DNA from: Candidatus Latescibacterota bacterium
GTDB taxonomy: Bacteria > Latescibacterota > UBA2968 > SICM01
Assembly (NCBI GenBank): GCA_965217865.1
Contig: CBDCJO010000002.1
Span: 1,088,001-1,152,000 of the forward strand
Direction: 5' to 3'
Length of the DNA: 64,000 nt
Shown: in pieces, positions 49,413 to 58,964 of the stretch
How positions within the stretch are numbered: position 1 is the stretch's first letter
Layout of the letters: every line of letters starts with the position of its first letter
Made by a program: the position numbers and the translations under genes
Notes under the pieces: model-generated
Databases searched by the model: none
Told to the model about the DNA's origin: nothing
Seen by the model: the letters and a program-made list of their open reading frames with translations, nothing else

Positions 49413-52037
49413 TCATCCTTCATCCGTTTCCATGAGCAGTCCCATCATCGCAGGCAAACATCTCAGGTTCGTTGATGACACGAGGGGTCTGACCCCGTTC
49501 CCGAAACGTTCCGGGGTGGCCGTGATCTGATTTCCGTTATCGTCCTGCGCGGATGCCGGAATCGGTTGACCCTCCATCCGGCCTCCCCACTCCGGACCGC
49601 AATACTCTCGCGAAGTAAAGTAAGCCATCATTTTTCGACCCAATTCGAGGTACCGCGTGTCTTTCCGGTCATTGTAAACGAACACCAGAATCCGCTGGAA
49701 CTCCGGCGATGCCCATCCGTCGTGCGCTTCCGTTGGTGCGTTCGGCGTAGAGGCCAGAGTCTTTTTGTCCATTCGACCCCTTTCGTCGATTAGACTGTAT
49801 TCGCCAAACAGGCAATAGTCTACGATGAAGTCGAATTGGCGGTAGAACGCCTCCTTCCACCGTGGGTCCGGGTCCACGCTGCAAAGCCCCATGAACCCCT
49901 GCAGGGCAAGGGTGGAAAACCAGGAGGCCTGTCCCGCGTTGTGGGGTGAATCGTAATTGGGACGCTTCTCGTCCGAGAACCGCTTTCGGGCCGACGAACC
50001 CCACAAAGGGAAAAACCCTTCCGGGTGCTGCTCAGCGATCATGCTCTCAGCCATCCTGCGAGCGCGCTCGATCAGATCCACATCCTCGCTGAAATCGTTG
50101 TAATTGACCAGCTGCATCAGGAACAGGGAGACCGATCGGAGGTCCCTGTCCTCAAGCCGGATCCCCTCCGTATCCTGAGCCAGGTACCGCGTCATCCCCG
50201 TGATCCCCGCCCGGATCTCCGGATCCCCCACCAGCAGGTAATAGTCCAGAAGCCCCTCGATCCAGAAATGGTCCGTGGCCCGGGCATCACCCCCCCGAAA
50301 ACAGTGACCGTAGCAGTGCGTGTACATCCCGAAGTACGGATAGTGCCGGATGTCGATATCCCACATGTGCCGCGCCATGCACCCCGCCGTCTTATAAGCC
50401 TCCACATCCCCCGTGGCCAGGAAGTAGGCGTGAAGTCCGTGGCACGGATCCTCCTCGTTGTTATTCCAGTAGCCCATCCTCGAGTGTTCCCGCCGGGCGG
50501 TATGCTTCGTGTCGGTATCCTTGGAGAACGAATGCGAAAACCACATGTAGACAAGATCCCCGGCATCGAATTTCCCATATACGCCGAAGGCCTCCTCGTG
50601 TCTGATCACCCATCGGGCCGAAACATCCAGCACGTGCGCAAACTCCGGCCGCTTCTCACGGTCCAGCTGGTGCACGGAAGTGTAAAACGATGAGCGGCGC
50701 AAATCCTCACACGTGGCACGCGCCTGGTTGATCTCCAGCTTTTCTCCAACCACTCGGCGACCCCATTCCACACTGTCCATCTCCGGGTCCACATCCGCCC
50801 AGATCACCTGCGTCTTCTGCATCCCCTGAACCGTCTCCAAGCATCCGCTCTCCGGCTCGAAAAAAGCCCAGTATGGGTGGCACCTCAGGTTGTCGTACTT
50901 CGTGTGCTGGTGGCGAAGACTCGGATCCCGGGCCGTATCGGGATGAATCGGCAAAAGACGCTTTGTCGCGATCCGGCCCGCCGCGTCCTCGGGCCACAAA
51001 CCGAAACTCGCCTCGTTCTCGGTCACCCGAACCTCGTTCGGATAATCCCGTTGAAAATCGCGGACCGCAACGCTGATCATGCCCTCGTCGAACCGCGCCT
51101 GCATCCATCCGGGGGCCGAACGCCCGTGCCCGGACCCCCAGGCCAGTCCCACCGTCTCCCCGCTCGGGTCCAGACGGTCCGCGTAGTAGACCCCTTCGTC
51201 CTCCTGCAGAACCCGGTACTGGCTCCCGGGTAAAAACGCGTCCGTTGTCGCTCCCAGCTCCATCCCCGTTGTCACACGCTCGCAGCGGTGCGCAAACGGA
51301 AGGGCGAACCGGAGATCCCGTACCAGATGGTAGATCTGCCGGTCCGCGTGCCGCCAGGTCACCTCGAACCGCACCAACGAAGAACCTCGATACGCCTCGA
51401 TCCCGATCACGTAGTCCAGGCCCGGGTTGTAGATGTCGGACGTTGAGATCCCTCGGATCTGGACCCACGCCCGCACCGGACCCCGCTCCACGATGGAGAC
51501 CTCCCGGGTCCTGCTTCGAAGCGGCTCATTCAGCAACTGGTCCAAGTTCAAGATCCGCTCGCTCAAAAACACCCGTCCGTCCGATTCGGTCACCCGCAGC
51601 CCCATGTCCGGCGTCCCGCGAAGGATTGGGTGCAGTCCGCCCTTCGCGTCCTTATAGGATAGGTTCTCGATAAACGGTCGATACGAAATCGCGTTCGGAA
51701 GCGATCGGATAATCGGGATCTCCAACACCACCTTCCCCGTGTCGATCCGATAGAGGTCCCCCTCCTCACGCAGCAGGGGATCCCCCTCCCTCCCGCCTTC
51801 TTCCAGCGTAAAGGGCCCCGCATCCTCCCCGGGCTCGAACACGAACAACCCCCACTTTGACGAACCGTCCTTCCAGTCCAGGATCGAACGCCCCTGCGAC
51901 AGAACGGAACGTCCGGTCGAATCCTTGATCGCTAGCTTCCCGAAATCCGACACCTCGCCCTGCTCAAAAGGGATGCTGACCCGCGTGGGTGTATGCGGAC
52001 TCCGCATGTCTGTCAGCAAAATCGTGCGTGCCTTCAT
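49413..52037 (-). CDS. Large putative lyase/glycosidase (YetA/PcRGLX-like architecture)
   Basis: IPFEQG...WKDGSSKW N-domain, ERGPVR beta-sandwich, YGKFDAGD...WNNNE...H..DID.RH helical barrel; AGGAGG before ATG 52037. Confidence 0.65.
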   Translation of the reverse strand: MKARTILLTDMRSPHTPTRVSIPFEQGEVSDFGKLAIKDSTGRSVLSQGRSILDWKDGSSKWGLFVFEPGEDAGPFTLEEGGREGDPLLREEGDLYRIDTGKVVLEIPIIRSLPNAISYRPFIENLSYKDAKGGLHPILRGTPDMGLRVTESDGRVFLSERILNLDQLLNEPLRSRTREVSIVERGPVRAWVQIRGISTSDIYNPGLDYVIGIEAYRGSSLVRFEVTWRHADRQIYHLVRDLRFALPFAHRCERVTTGMELGATTDAFLPGSQYRVLQEDEGVYYADRLDPSGETVGLAWGSGHGRSAPGWMQARFDEGMISVAVRDFQRDYPNEVRVTENEASFGLWPEDAAGRIATKRLLPIHPDTARDPSLRHQHTKYDNLRCHPYWAFFEPESGCLETVQGMQKTQVIWADVDPEMDSVEWGRRVVGEKLEINQARATCEDLRRSSFYTSVHQLDREKRPEFAHVLDVSARWVIRHEEAFGVYGKFDAGDLVYMWFSHSFSKDTDTKHTARREHSRMGYWNNNEEDPCHGLHAYFLATGDVEAYKTAGCMARHMWDIDIRHYPYFGMYTHCYGHCFRGGDARATDHFWIEGLLDYYLLVGDPEIRAGITGMTRYLAQDTEGIRLEDRDLRSVSLFLMQLVNYNDFSEDVDLIERARRMAESMIAEQHPEGFFPLWGSSARKRFSDEKRPNYDSPHNAGQASWFSTLALQGFMGLCSVDPDPRWKEAFYRQFDFIVDYCLFGEYSLIDERGRMDKKTLASTPNAPTEAHDGWASPEFQRILVFVYNDRKDTRYLELGRKMMAYFTSREYCGPEWGGRMEGQPIPASAQDDNGNQITATPERFGNGVRPLVSSTNLRCLPAMMGLLMETDEG

Positions 52038-52052
52038 AACCCCTCCTTTCAT

Positions 52053-52422
52053 GATTGAATATTGAATATCGGAGAATTGAATATTTGTCACGACTTTCTT
52101 GGCGGTCCTTCAATATTCAATCTTCCATTTCCCCTGACCTCCGACCTCCAACTTCATTGAATATTGAATATCGGAGAATTGAATATTTGATAAAATAAAG
52201 ACCACATCCCCCTTCCCTTAAGGGAAGCAACGTCCTGAGCCCTTCGACAAGCTCAAGATAAACTCCGTCGAAGCCACGTCCTGAGCGGAGCAAGTTGTGT
52301 AGTCGAAGGAGAGGGGCGCAGGGGGTTAGGTGTGACAGCCGATCGGTTTTTTTACATTCGTCAAAACTACCCTGAATTGAAGAGGCCTTTCAATCTTCAA
52401 TCTTCAATCTTCAATTTCCTCT
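52053..52422 (+). repeat. Composite intergenic repeat region
   Basis: TTGAATATTGAATATCGGAGAATTGAATATTT at 52055 and 52157; element E (about 52208-52389) shared with 61831-61929; TCAATCT tract. Confidence 0.8.
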
Positions 52423-54474
52423 CTATTCCACGACCACCATCGTGTACGTCCTGAGCCACGGCAGGACGAAATCCACACGGTCCTCTCCTTTGAAGGAAAG
52501 GTCCCCCGAGCCATCCCCGTCCGGAGACAGTGCGGTCACGGACTTCACGCGCTTCCCACTTGGAACTCTGATTGAGACCTTCACGTCGGGGACGGGTCGG
52601 CTGTTCTCGTAGTTGACCAGGTGGAGCATCATCCGGTCCGTGGAGGGCTGACGCACCAGTTCCGCCGTGACCGTGAGAGGAGCCTGGACATCCAGGATCA
52701 GGTCGTCTCCGGCTGCCCAGCGCACAGACAGGACCAGGGTCTCCCAGTTCTCGGGAAGGTGCCAGTATGGACCCTTGAACCAGAGATATCCTCGATCCAC
52801 GGCATTCGCATCCACCCGCGGAACCAGCTTCGGGATATAGACAACCCTGCCATTACCGAAATGCCGCATAATGGGGACCGTTGTATCTTCGGGGCTGGAA
52901 ATTCCGAAAAGGTCCGCCAGCGCAAATTCGGTCCGTGCCCGCCGCCACGGATCCCGGAGGGACGTCTCCTCCGTTGCGATCAGCTTTCCCCCATCTTTTA
53001 CAAACCCGATAAGCGTTCCAGCCTGCTCATCGCTCATCGATTCCACGTTGCCAAGGATCCATACCCTCTTATCGGATGCGGAGAGATCCGCCAGGTGTTC
53101 ATCGAACACAATCTCAAAACCTATCTTCGCCTGGATGAGGGTCTGTTCCGCAAGGAGGACCGCCCGGTGCGTCGTGTAGTTGTTGTGGGCAAGCGACGCA
53201 TAGGATCGCAGAACCGCCGCGTCCGCCACGATCTCTGTGTCGCGGAATTCGCCCCAGTGTTCGCGGTAGAACGCAACGTACCGGTGGGCCTCTGGGTGAG
53301 CGTCCGGGGAAGGGATTCCGCGATTGTAGCCCGGTTCCGGATCCCGTGACGGGATTCCTCCGTTTGCCCCGGGGTTGTAGGCGAAGGACTCCGCACGCAG
53401 TCGGAGTTCCGTGAGCAGATCCGCGTGGTGTGTATAGCTGAACACCACGTTGGAGAGCGCCCTCGCTACCTTGAAGGTACGGATCTTAGAGAGCAGGACC
53501 CCCTCTGCCGTCACCCCTGCCTCGTTTCCCTCCTCCGTCCAGAAGACATTTCCGTGGACCGCGCTTTGAGGATGCCACAGACCGTTTGAAAAGGCCGTGT
53601 TAATCCCGTTGATCCCGAAATGGGTCGCGTTGTATTCCACGGCCGTCTCCGGATTGAGTGAACGAATCAACTCCGCAAGTCGTTGGTACGCCTGGCTCGC
53701 ATAGTGACAGCGAAAGGCGATCCACTCCTGAAGTAGGGGGTCATCGATCACGGGGAAGTACCGGTAAAGCTCGCCAGATACACAATGGAAGTTGAGGAAG
53801 TGCGGGGGCTGGATATGGTCCAGGATGGTGAACCCGAACCTCTCCTTCCGTTTTTTTTCGTCCGGATACTTCGTCCTGAGAAAGGCCAGGAACTTCTCGC
53901 GGCACGCCTGGCACTGGCAGCTGTCCGGTTCCTGGACCAGCTCGAGATCGTCGAAGTGAATCAAATCAGCCCCCGCCTCCACCGCGGACCGAACGACGTC
54001 TTCGAGGTAGGCCATGTAAGCCTCTTGATTGAGACAGGGGTGATAGCGATAATATTGACTGGGGCTGTAGGCGTATGTGTGGTGCCGCCCATCGGCCGTC
54101 ACCTGGAACCAGTCCCTCGCGCTCGGTTCCTGGGCAAGGAACGTCTCATAGACAAGTGAATCGGGCCTGATGTAGACCCCGACCCGCATCCCGTGCTTAT
54201 GGCACAGCTTTATCAAATCCCGGGTCTTCTCCATCTCTTCCCGCTCCGCCTCGGTCCCGAATCCTTTGTGAAAGTGGGTGATATAAATGTTCGCCCCCAC
54301 TTTCTTAGCGCCGAGCACAAAAGCCTCTGAATGTTCTTCCTCGAAACGCTCTTCCTCGTCTACGGCCGCGGCGCCTTTCCGGCGGCGAAAGATGAGCGGC
54401 TCCCAATTGCTGACCACAACCATACCCGATTCGCTGAGCCATTTTGGAACGGGTGATCCTTTGATCCCCTTCAT
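52423..54474 (-). CDS. Glycoside hydrolase-like TIM barrel plus GH42-type trimerisation domain
   Basis: CHKHGMRVGVY, CLNQ, DLIHFD, CQCQAC...F..FL, W..FR; C-terminal MSDEQ...FVKDGG.LIA. Confidence 0.7.
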   Translation of the reverse strand: MKGIKGSPVPKWLSESGMVVVSNWEPLIFRRRKGAAAVDEEERFEEEHSEAFVLGAKKVGANIYITHFHKGFGTEAEREEMEKTRDLIKLCHKHGMRVGVYIRPDSLVYETFLAQEPSARDWFQVTADGRHHTYAYSPSQYYRYHPCLNQEAYMAYLEDVVRSAVEAGADLIHFDDLELVQEPDSCQCQACREKFLAFLRTKYPDEKKRKERFGFTILDHIQPPHFLNFHCVSGELYRYFPVIDDPLLQEWIAFRCHYASQAYQRLAELIRSLNPETAVEYNATHFGINGINTAFSNGLWHPQSAVHGNVFWTEEGNEAGVTAEGVLLSKIRTFKVARALSNVVFSYTHHADLLTELRLRAESFAYNPGANGGIPSRDPEPGYNRGIPSPDAHPEAHRYVAFYREHWGEFRDTEIVADAAVLRSYASLAHNNYTTHRAVLLAEQTLIQAKIGFEIVFDEHLADLSASDKRVWILGNVESMSDEQAGTLIGFVKDGGKLIATEETSLRDPWRRARTEFALADLFGISSPEDTTVPIMRHFGNGRVVYIPKLVPRVDANAVDRGYLWFKGPYWHLPENWETLVLSVRWAAGDDLILDVQAPLTVTAELVRQPSTDRMMLHLVNYENSRPVPDVKVSIRVPSGKRVKSVTALSPDGDGSGDLSFKGEDRVDFVLPWLRTYTMVVVE

Positions 54475-54839
54475 CTCGCATCTCCTCTCGGATTTAAATC
54501 CAATCCTGGAACCTTTGAAACCTTTTATGCATTACGTCATAAATAATTGCGCATACATTCAAGATTCGTCTTTGCTCACATGAAAAGACTCACGATAGTC
54601 CGACGCAGAGAGTGCCATCCTCGCACTGCCAGGATGAAACCCCGTGGCCTCCGAAATCCAGATTTGACCATCAGTTAGAGCAACTTGTGGAGTTGTCCAA
54701 GGGAACAACCGATGTTTCAACACTCAACAAGGCCATAGATGCGGTGGAAATGGTGTTCACGCTCAGGGAAATAGAAACGCACGTTTCGGAATATATGCGC
54801 AATTACTTAAGACGGTAATGATATTACTTGCTCCACTTC

Positions 54840-54865
54840 CAATTCTGCACGCGCGTGCAGAATTG
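54840..54865. promoter_or_regulatory. Perfect 26-bp palindrome, candidate operator
   Basis: CAATTCTGCACGCGCGTGCAGAATTG equals its own reverse complement; AT-rich context. Confidence 0.5.
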
Positions 54866-54969
54866 AGTTTGGTTTAGCTTTATATTATTGTTTTAATTGA
54901 CGATGGACTTGAATAACTGTTTTTTTATAAAGCTATCAACACATCAGTCATCGCACTACGCCAAATCAT

Positions 54970-55203
54970 TGTGTTTTCCCATTTTCATTTTTCACCTTGC
55001 AATTTCCTTCTCGGACCCCTCCCCCAGCCCCTCCCCGGTCTGTACATAGGGGAGGGGCCGGGGGAGGGGTTTGACCCTTTTTCGAACTCCGACAAATCGT
55101 CTCAATAATCCATGACCCCCTGCCTCTGCCTTTCCTGCTGCTGCCACTGCTACTGCCTTTCCTTGACCCCTGACCTCCGGCCTCTGACCTCTGGCCTCTG
55201 TCC
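54970..55203 (+). repeat. Composite low-complexity repeat plus GC hairpin
   Basis: TTTTCAT tract, CCCCTCCCCC...GGGGGAGGGG hairpin, CTGCCTTTCCTG..CTGCTAC module, CTGACCT heptamers. Confidence 0.7.
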
Positions 55204-56784
55204 TTATTCCACCACATTCCCGTACACCATCTCCTCGTCGTAGACAATCCGGAGCTCTAGCTTGTAGAGTTCGCATTTCACCTTCAACCGGGGGTACTTT
55301 GCCAGCGTCTCGATCCGCACACGATTCTTTCCCTTTTGGATCGAACTCAATTCCGGGAAGGCCTCGAGGTGCGCCTTGGGCTCGTCCTTGGGATGCGTCT
55401 TGTAGGCATAGAATGGCAGTTTCATCCCCGCTTCTTTCTTCAGGTTCAACTCCGTTCCGTTCAGGAAACAGCGCACGTCCTGCGGGACATTGATATTCGT
55501 GATGTTCAGGCGGAGCCTGGCAGACACTCGATGGCCCTCCTCCTGGGCGCGGGGGATATCGTCCGGGACATCGAACTCCAGCTCCGTGGACCCACCCGTG
55601 CTCAAGTTCCCCAGATCCCTTGGAAGATCCATCTGATAGTAGTGCGACTTCGTCTTGAACCGGATCTCCTCGGGATCGCCCAGTTCCCGGAATGGAGTGA
55701 GATCGTACGGACCGTGGTGCATGTAATCGTAGAAGGCGATCCCGTCCGCGCCCTGTTCGTAGAGACGGTGTGCGATCGCACGGTGCTCCTCGGCCGTGGT
55801 CCATCCCTGCCCGGGACCGCTGAAATCTCTGCGGGAAGGCTTCCCCGGACCCACAAACAGCAGACAGTCCGTTCCTTCCAACGCCTTGGTCCAATCCTCC
55901 ACTTCCAGCTCGTGGAGTGAGGCGCTCCTGCACTGCCCGACCAGGAAGTCGATCCACCCCGCCTTCGCCCAGCTTCGAATATCGCCTCCGTTCTCTAAGT
56001 AATGCCGGATGTTTCCCTCCCATGGCGTCCGGTCCTTGGTCTTGGGATTCAGTGGATCGAAACAATAGAACTGAACAGAGAGCCCCATGTATCTTCCCTT
56101 CTTCTTCCCGACCCGATCGAGCATCTCGCGGATATTGCGCACGTGCCCCCCGGCGATCTCCTGCTTATCTTTCGTATCCCCGGATGAGAAGTTCAGCCCG
56201 CCCCGGCTGAAGTCCAGGTCGATCCCATCCAGGTCGTAACGTTCTGCGGCGTCCGTTAGAAAAGCGAGATCCTGCTCAAGAACAGCCGGCTTGCTCCAGT
56301 CGTAAATCGCGAATCCATGGTTATCTCCCTTCGTTGGCAGCCTCAGTTCGGGATGATCGATGTAGAACTGACTCTGCAGCGATTCGAGTCCGGGATAGGT
56401 ATGATGCGCGTCGTTCATCCGGCGCGATCCCCACACCTGCATCCCGCAGGCATGACCGCGTTCCACGGCCAGGCGAAGCGGGCAGTTTCCCGACTTGATC
56501 AGGTGCTGAAGGTTGGATGTTTGGATCCACAGACTGAAACCATAGTCATCCTGATCGTAGTCCACCTCCCGGGTCCCCCAGCTCTCGATCACTTTCGAGT
56601 CGAAGAAAGCAATGACTGTCCCCAGACACCACTGAAGGATCCCGACCTGAGTCCCGGAGATGTAATCGATCTTGGCAACAAATTCCTCCGGTGTGGCCGG
56701 ATGGCTGTACAGGCCGTCACTGCCTTGAAAAGTAGACAGGATACGCCGGTTGCGCGGCAGATCGATTCGTGGATTGTCTTTCAT
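55204..56784 (-). CDS. Glycoside hydrolase-like TIM-barrel protein (GHL10-like), tandem copy 2
   Basis: RMNDAHH, DHPEL, YDLDGIDLDF, GADGIAFYD. Confidence 0.75.
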   Translation of the reverse strand: MKDNPRIDLPRNRRILSTFQGSDGLYSHPATPEEFVAKIDYISGTQVGILQWCLGTVIAFFDSKVIESWGTREVDYDQDDYGFSLWIQTSNLQHLIKSGNCPLRLAVERGHACGMQVWGSRRMNDAHHTYPGLESLQSQFYIDHPELRLPTKGDNHGFAIYDWSKPAVLEQDLAFLTDAAERYDLDGIDLDFSRGGLNFSSGDTKDKQEIAGGHVRNIREMLDRVGKKKGRYMGLSVQFYCFDPLNPKTKDRTPWEGNIRHYLENGGDIRSWAKAGWIDFLVGQCRSASLHELEVEDWTKALEGTDCLLFVGPGKPSRRDFSGPGQGWTTAEEHRAIAHRLYEQGADGIAFYDYMHHGPYDLTPFRELGDPEEIRFKTKSHYYQMDLPRDLGNLSTGGSTELEFDVPDDIPRAQEEGHRVSARLRLNITNINVPQDVRCFLNGTELNLKKEAGMKLPFYAYKTHPKDEPKAHLEAFPELSSIQKGKNRVRIETLAKYPRLKVKCELYKLELRIVYDEEMVYGNVVE

Positions 56785-56831
56785 CGAAACCTCCTGGGAA
56801 AAGGACAGAAGTCAGATTTCAGAATTCGGCT

Positions 56832-58409
56832 CTATTCAACGACGTTTCCATAGACCATCTTCTCATCGTAGACGACACGAAGCTCCAGCTTATAGAGCTC
56901 ACACTTCACTTTCAGCCGCGGATACTTCGCAAGCGTCTCAACTCGAATATGGTTCTTCCCCTCCCGTATCAAACCCACGTCCGGAAACGCCTCTAAGTGC
57001 GAGCGCGGATCGTCCTTCGGGTGTGTCTGTTTGCGAAACGGCAACACCAGCCCCGCTTCACGGCCAATGCGCAACTCCGTCCCATTCAGAAAACACCGCA
57101 CATCATCCGGGACGTTGATATTCGTTACATTGATCCTCAGACGCGCAGAGGCCCGATGACCCTCCTCCTGCGCACGGGGTATGTCCTCTGGAACATCGAT
57201 CTCAAGCTCAGTCGATCCACCCGTACTCATATTTCCAATATCTCGGGGAAGGTCCAGCTGATAGTAGTGAGACTTGGTCTTCACGCGAATTCCATCCGGA
57301 TCGCTCAACTCCCGGAAAGGCGTCAGATCGAACGGTCCGTGATGCATATAGTCGTAAAACGAGATCCCATCGGCACCCTGCTCATACAGCCGATGCGCGA
57401 TCGCGCGATGCTCCTCGGCCGTGGTCCAGCTCTGACTCGGTCCGCTGAATGTCCTGCGCGTCGGCTTCCCCGGGCCTACGAAAAGAAGGCAGTCCGTTCC
57501 CTCAACCACCTTGGTCCAGCTGTCGATCTCAAGCTCGTGTAGCGAGGAGCTCCGGCACTGTCCGACAAGGATATCGATCAGCCCCTCCTTCGCCCACGAC
57601 CGAATGTCCGCCCCCTTTTCGAAGTATCGCGGGATGTTTCCAACCCAGGGCGTCCGGTCCCCGGTCTTGGGATTCATCGGATCGAAACAATAAAACTGAG
57701 CCGATAGCCCGAGGTACTTACCTTTCTTCTTCCCTACTTGGTCGAGCATCTCACGGATCTTCCGCACGTGTCCACGCGTGACCTCCTGCCTGTATTTGGT
57801 GTCTCCCGACGAGAACTCCATCCCGCCCCTGCTGAAGTCCAGATCGATTCCGTCCAGGTCATAACGATCCGCCGCGTCCGTCAGGAAATCCAGATTCTGC
57901 TCCAGAACGGCCGGCTTGCACCAGTCGTAGACCATCAGTTTCTGGGGATCCCCCTCAGCAGGCATTCTCAGTTCGGGATGATCGATGTAGAATTGCGTTT
58001 GAAACACCTCCAGACCCGGGTAGGTATGATGAGCGTCGTTCATACGGCACGACCCCCAGATCTGGAGCCCACGTTCGTGGCAACGCTCTGCCACCAGGCG
58101 AAGGGGATCGTTCCCCGTCTTGATCAGGTGCTGGATGTTGGAGGCCATAGACCAAATCCCGAAGCCATAAACCTCGTTGTCGTAGTCGACCTCCCTGGAC
58201 CCCCTACTCTCGATCACCTTCGAGTCGAAGCGAGCCTGGATCGACGCCAGGCAATACTGAAAGATTCCGACCTGAGTCCCGGAGATGTAGTCGATCTTCG
58301 AAACATACTCCTCAGGGGTGATTGGATAGACCGAAAGGTCATCGTGTCCCTGCCACGTGGTGATAATTCGGCGGTCGCGCGGGAGATTGATGCGCGGATT
58401 GTCTTTCAC
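56832..58409 (-). CDS. Glycoside hydrolase-like TIM-barrel protein (GHL10-like), tandem copy 1
   Basis: Colinear paralog of 55204..56784; GTG start after GGAGG. Confidence 0.75.
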   Translation of the reverse strand: MKDNPRINLPRDRRIITTWQGHDDLSVYPITPEEYVSKIDYISGTQVGIFQYCLASIQARFDSKVIESRGSREVDYDNEVYGFGIWSMASNIQHLIKTGNDPLRLVAERCHERGLQIWGSCRMNDAHHTYPGLEVFQTQFYIDHPELRMPAEGDPQKLMVYDWCKPAVLEQNLDFLTDAADRYDLDGIDLDFSRGGMEFSSGDTKYRQEVTRGHVRKIREMLDQVGKKKGKYLGLSAQFYCFDPMNPKTGDRTPWVGNIPRYFEKGADIRSWAKEGLIDILVGQCRSSSLHELEIDSWTKVVEGTDCLLFVGPGKPTRRTFSGPSQSWTTAEEHRAIAHRLYEQGADGISFYDYMHHGPFDLTPFRELSDPDGIRVKTKSHYYQLDLPRDIGNMSTGGSTELEIDVPEDIPRAQEEGHRASARLRINVTNINVPDDVRCFLNGTELRIGREAGLVLPFRKQTHPKDDPRSHLEAFPDVGLIREGKNHIRVETLAKYPRLKVKCELYKLELRVVYDEKMVYGNVVE

Positions 58410-58520
58410 AGAACCTCCAGGAAAAGGGGATGAGCCAGAAGGAAATATTCAGAATGAATGCTTTTGTTTTAGTCTCGACTTGATTTGACGAGATAGGATC
58501 GGGCTAAGATAAATATTTCG

Positions 58521-58843
58521 AATCTTCTTAGTTTTTGGTGGAAAACGAGTGGGCGACGCATCACCGGGCCAACGGCCCGGGTTTGAATGTGGATGAATCG
58601 AGCGGGCCATAGGTCCGCGATCCGGATCCATCCCACACATACCTTAGATGAATCAGGATGTGGGACAGGGATTGGGGGATGTGAAACTATTGCGGCCCTT
58701 CAGGCCGCACGACGCTATTGCTTTCCAAGGACCCAGGGCGTTGCCCTGGGTTGAGGAACACCGCGCCGTTGGCGTTGAAAGAAGGTCTGACCTTAGTCTC
58801 GGCTTCTCGATTAGCTCGAATGCCGGGCCTCAATCGCGAAGAC
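58521..58843 (-). mobile_element. Repeat family A, copy 3
   Basis: Reverse complement matches copies 1 and 2; 58680 to 58630 reads IPQSLSHILIHL-RYVWD. Confidence 0.75.
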
Positions 58844-58859
58844 AATCTTCGAGTCCCCC

Positions 58860-58964
58860 TAATCTCCAACCTCCGCCTTTACTCTTCCTGCCACTGCTAC
58901 TGCTTTTTCCGACCTCTGACTTCTGACCCCTGACTTTTGCATTTTTCACTTTGCACTTTCCCAT
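58860..58964 (+). repeat. Heptamer/low-complexity tract
   Basis: CTGCCACTGCTACTGC, CTGACTTCTGACCCCTGAC, TTTTGCATTTTTCACTTTGCAC. Confidence 0.7.

Noticed and set aside
52038-52091. N-terminal extensions of track ORFs (also 15821-15943 and 20169-20192)
   Set aside because: They are translations of repeat or MITE sequence; better starts lie downstream.
54612-54818. 68-aa ORF in the AT-rich gap
   Set aside because: No clear RBS or motif; may be a gene remnant but cannot be supported.
54992-56065. 357-aa alternative-frame ORF
   Set aside because: Overlaps the real gene in another frame and ends in low-complexity repeats; Arg/Gly/Pro-rich as expected for a GC-rich off-frame.
55204-58409. Diversity-generating retroelement or assembly duplication
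   Set aside because: Differences are not adenine-specific, include many synonymous changes along the whole gene, and no reverse transcriptase is present.
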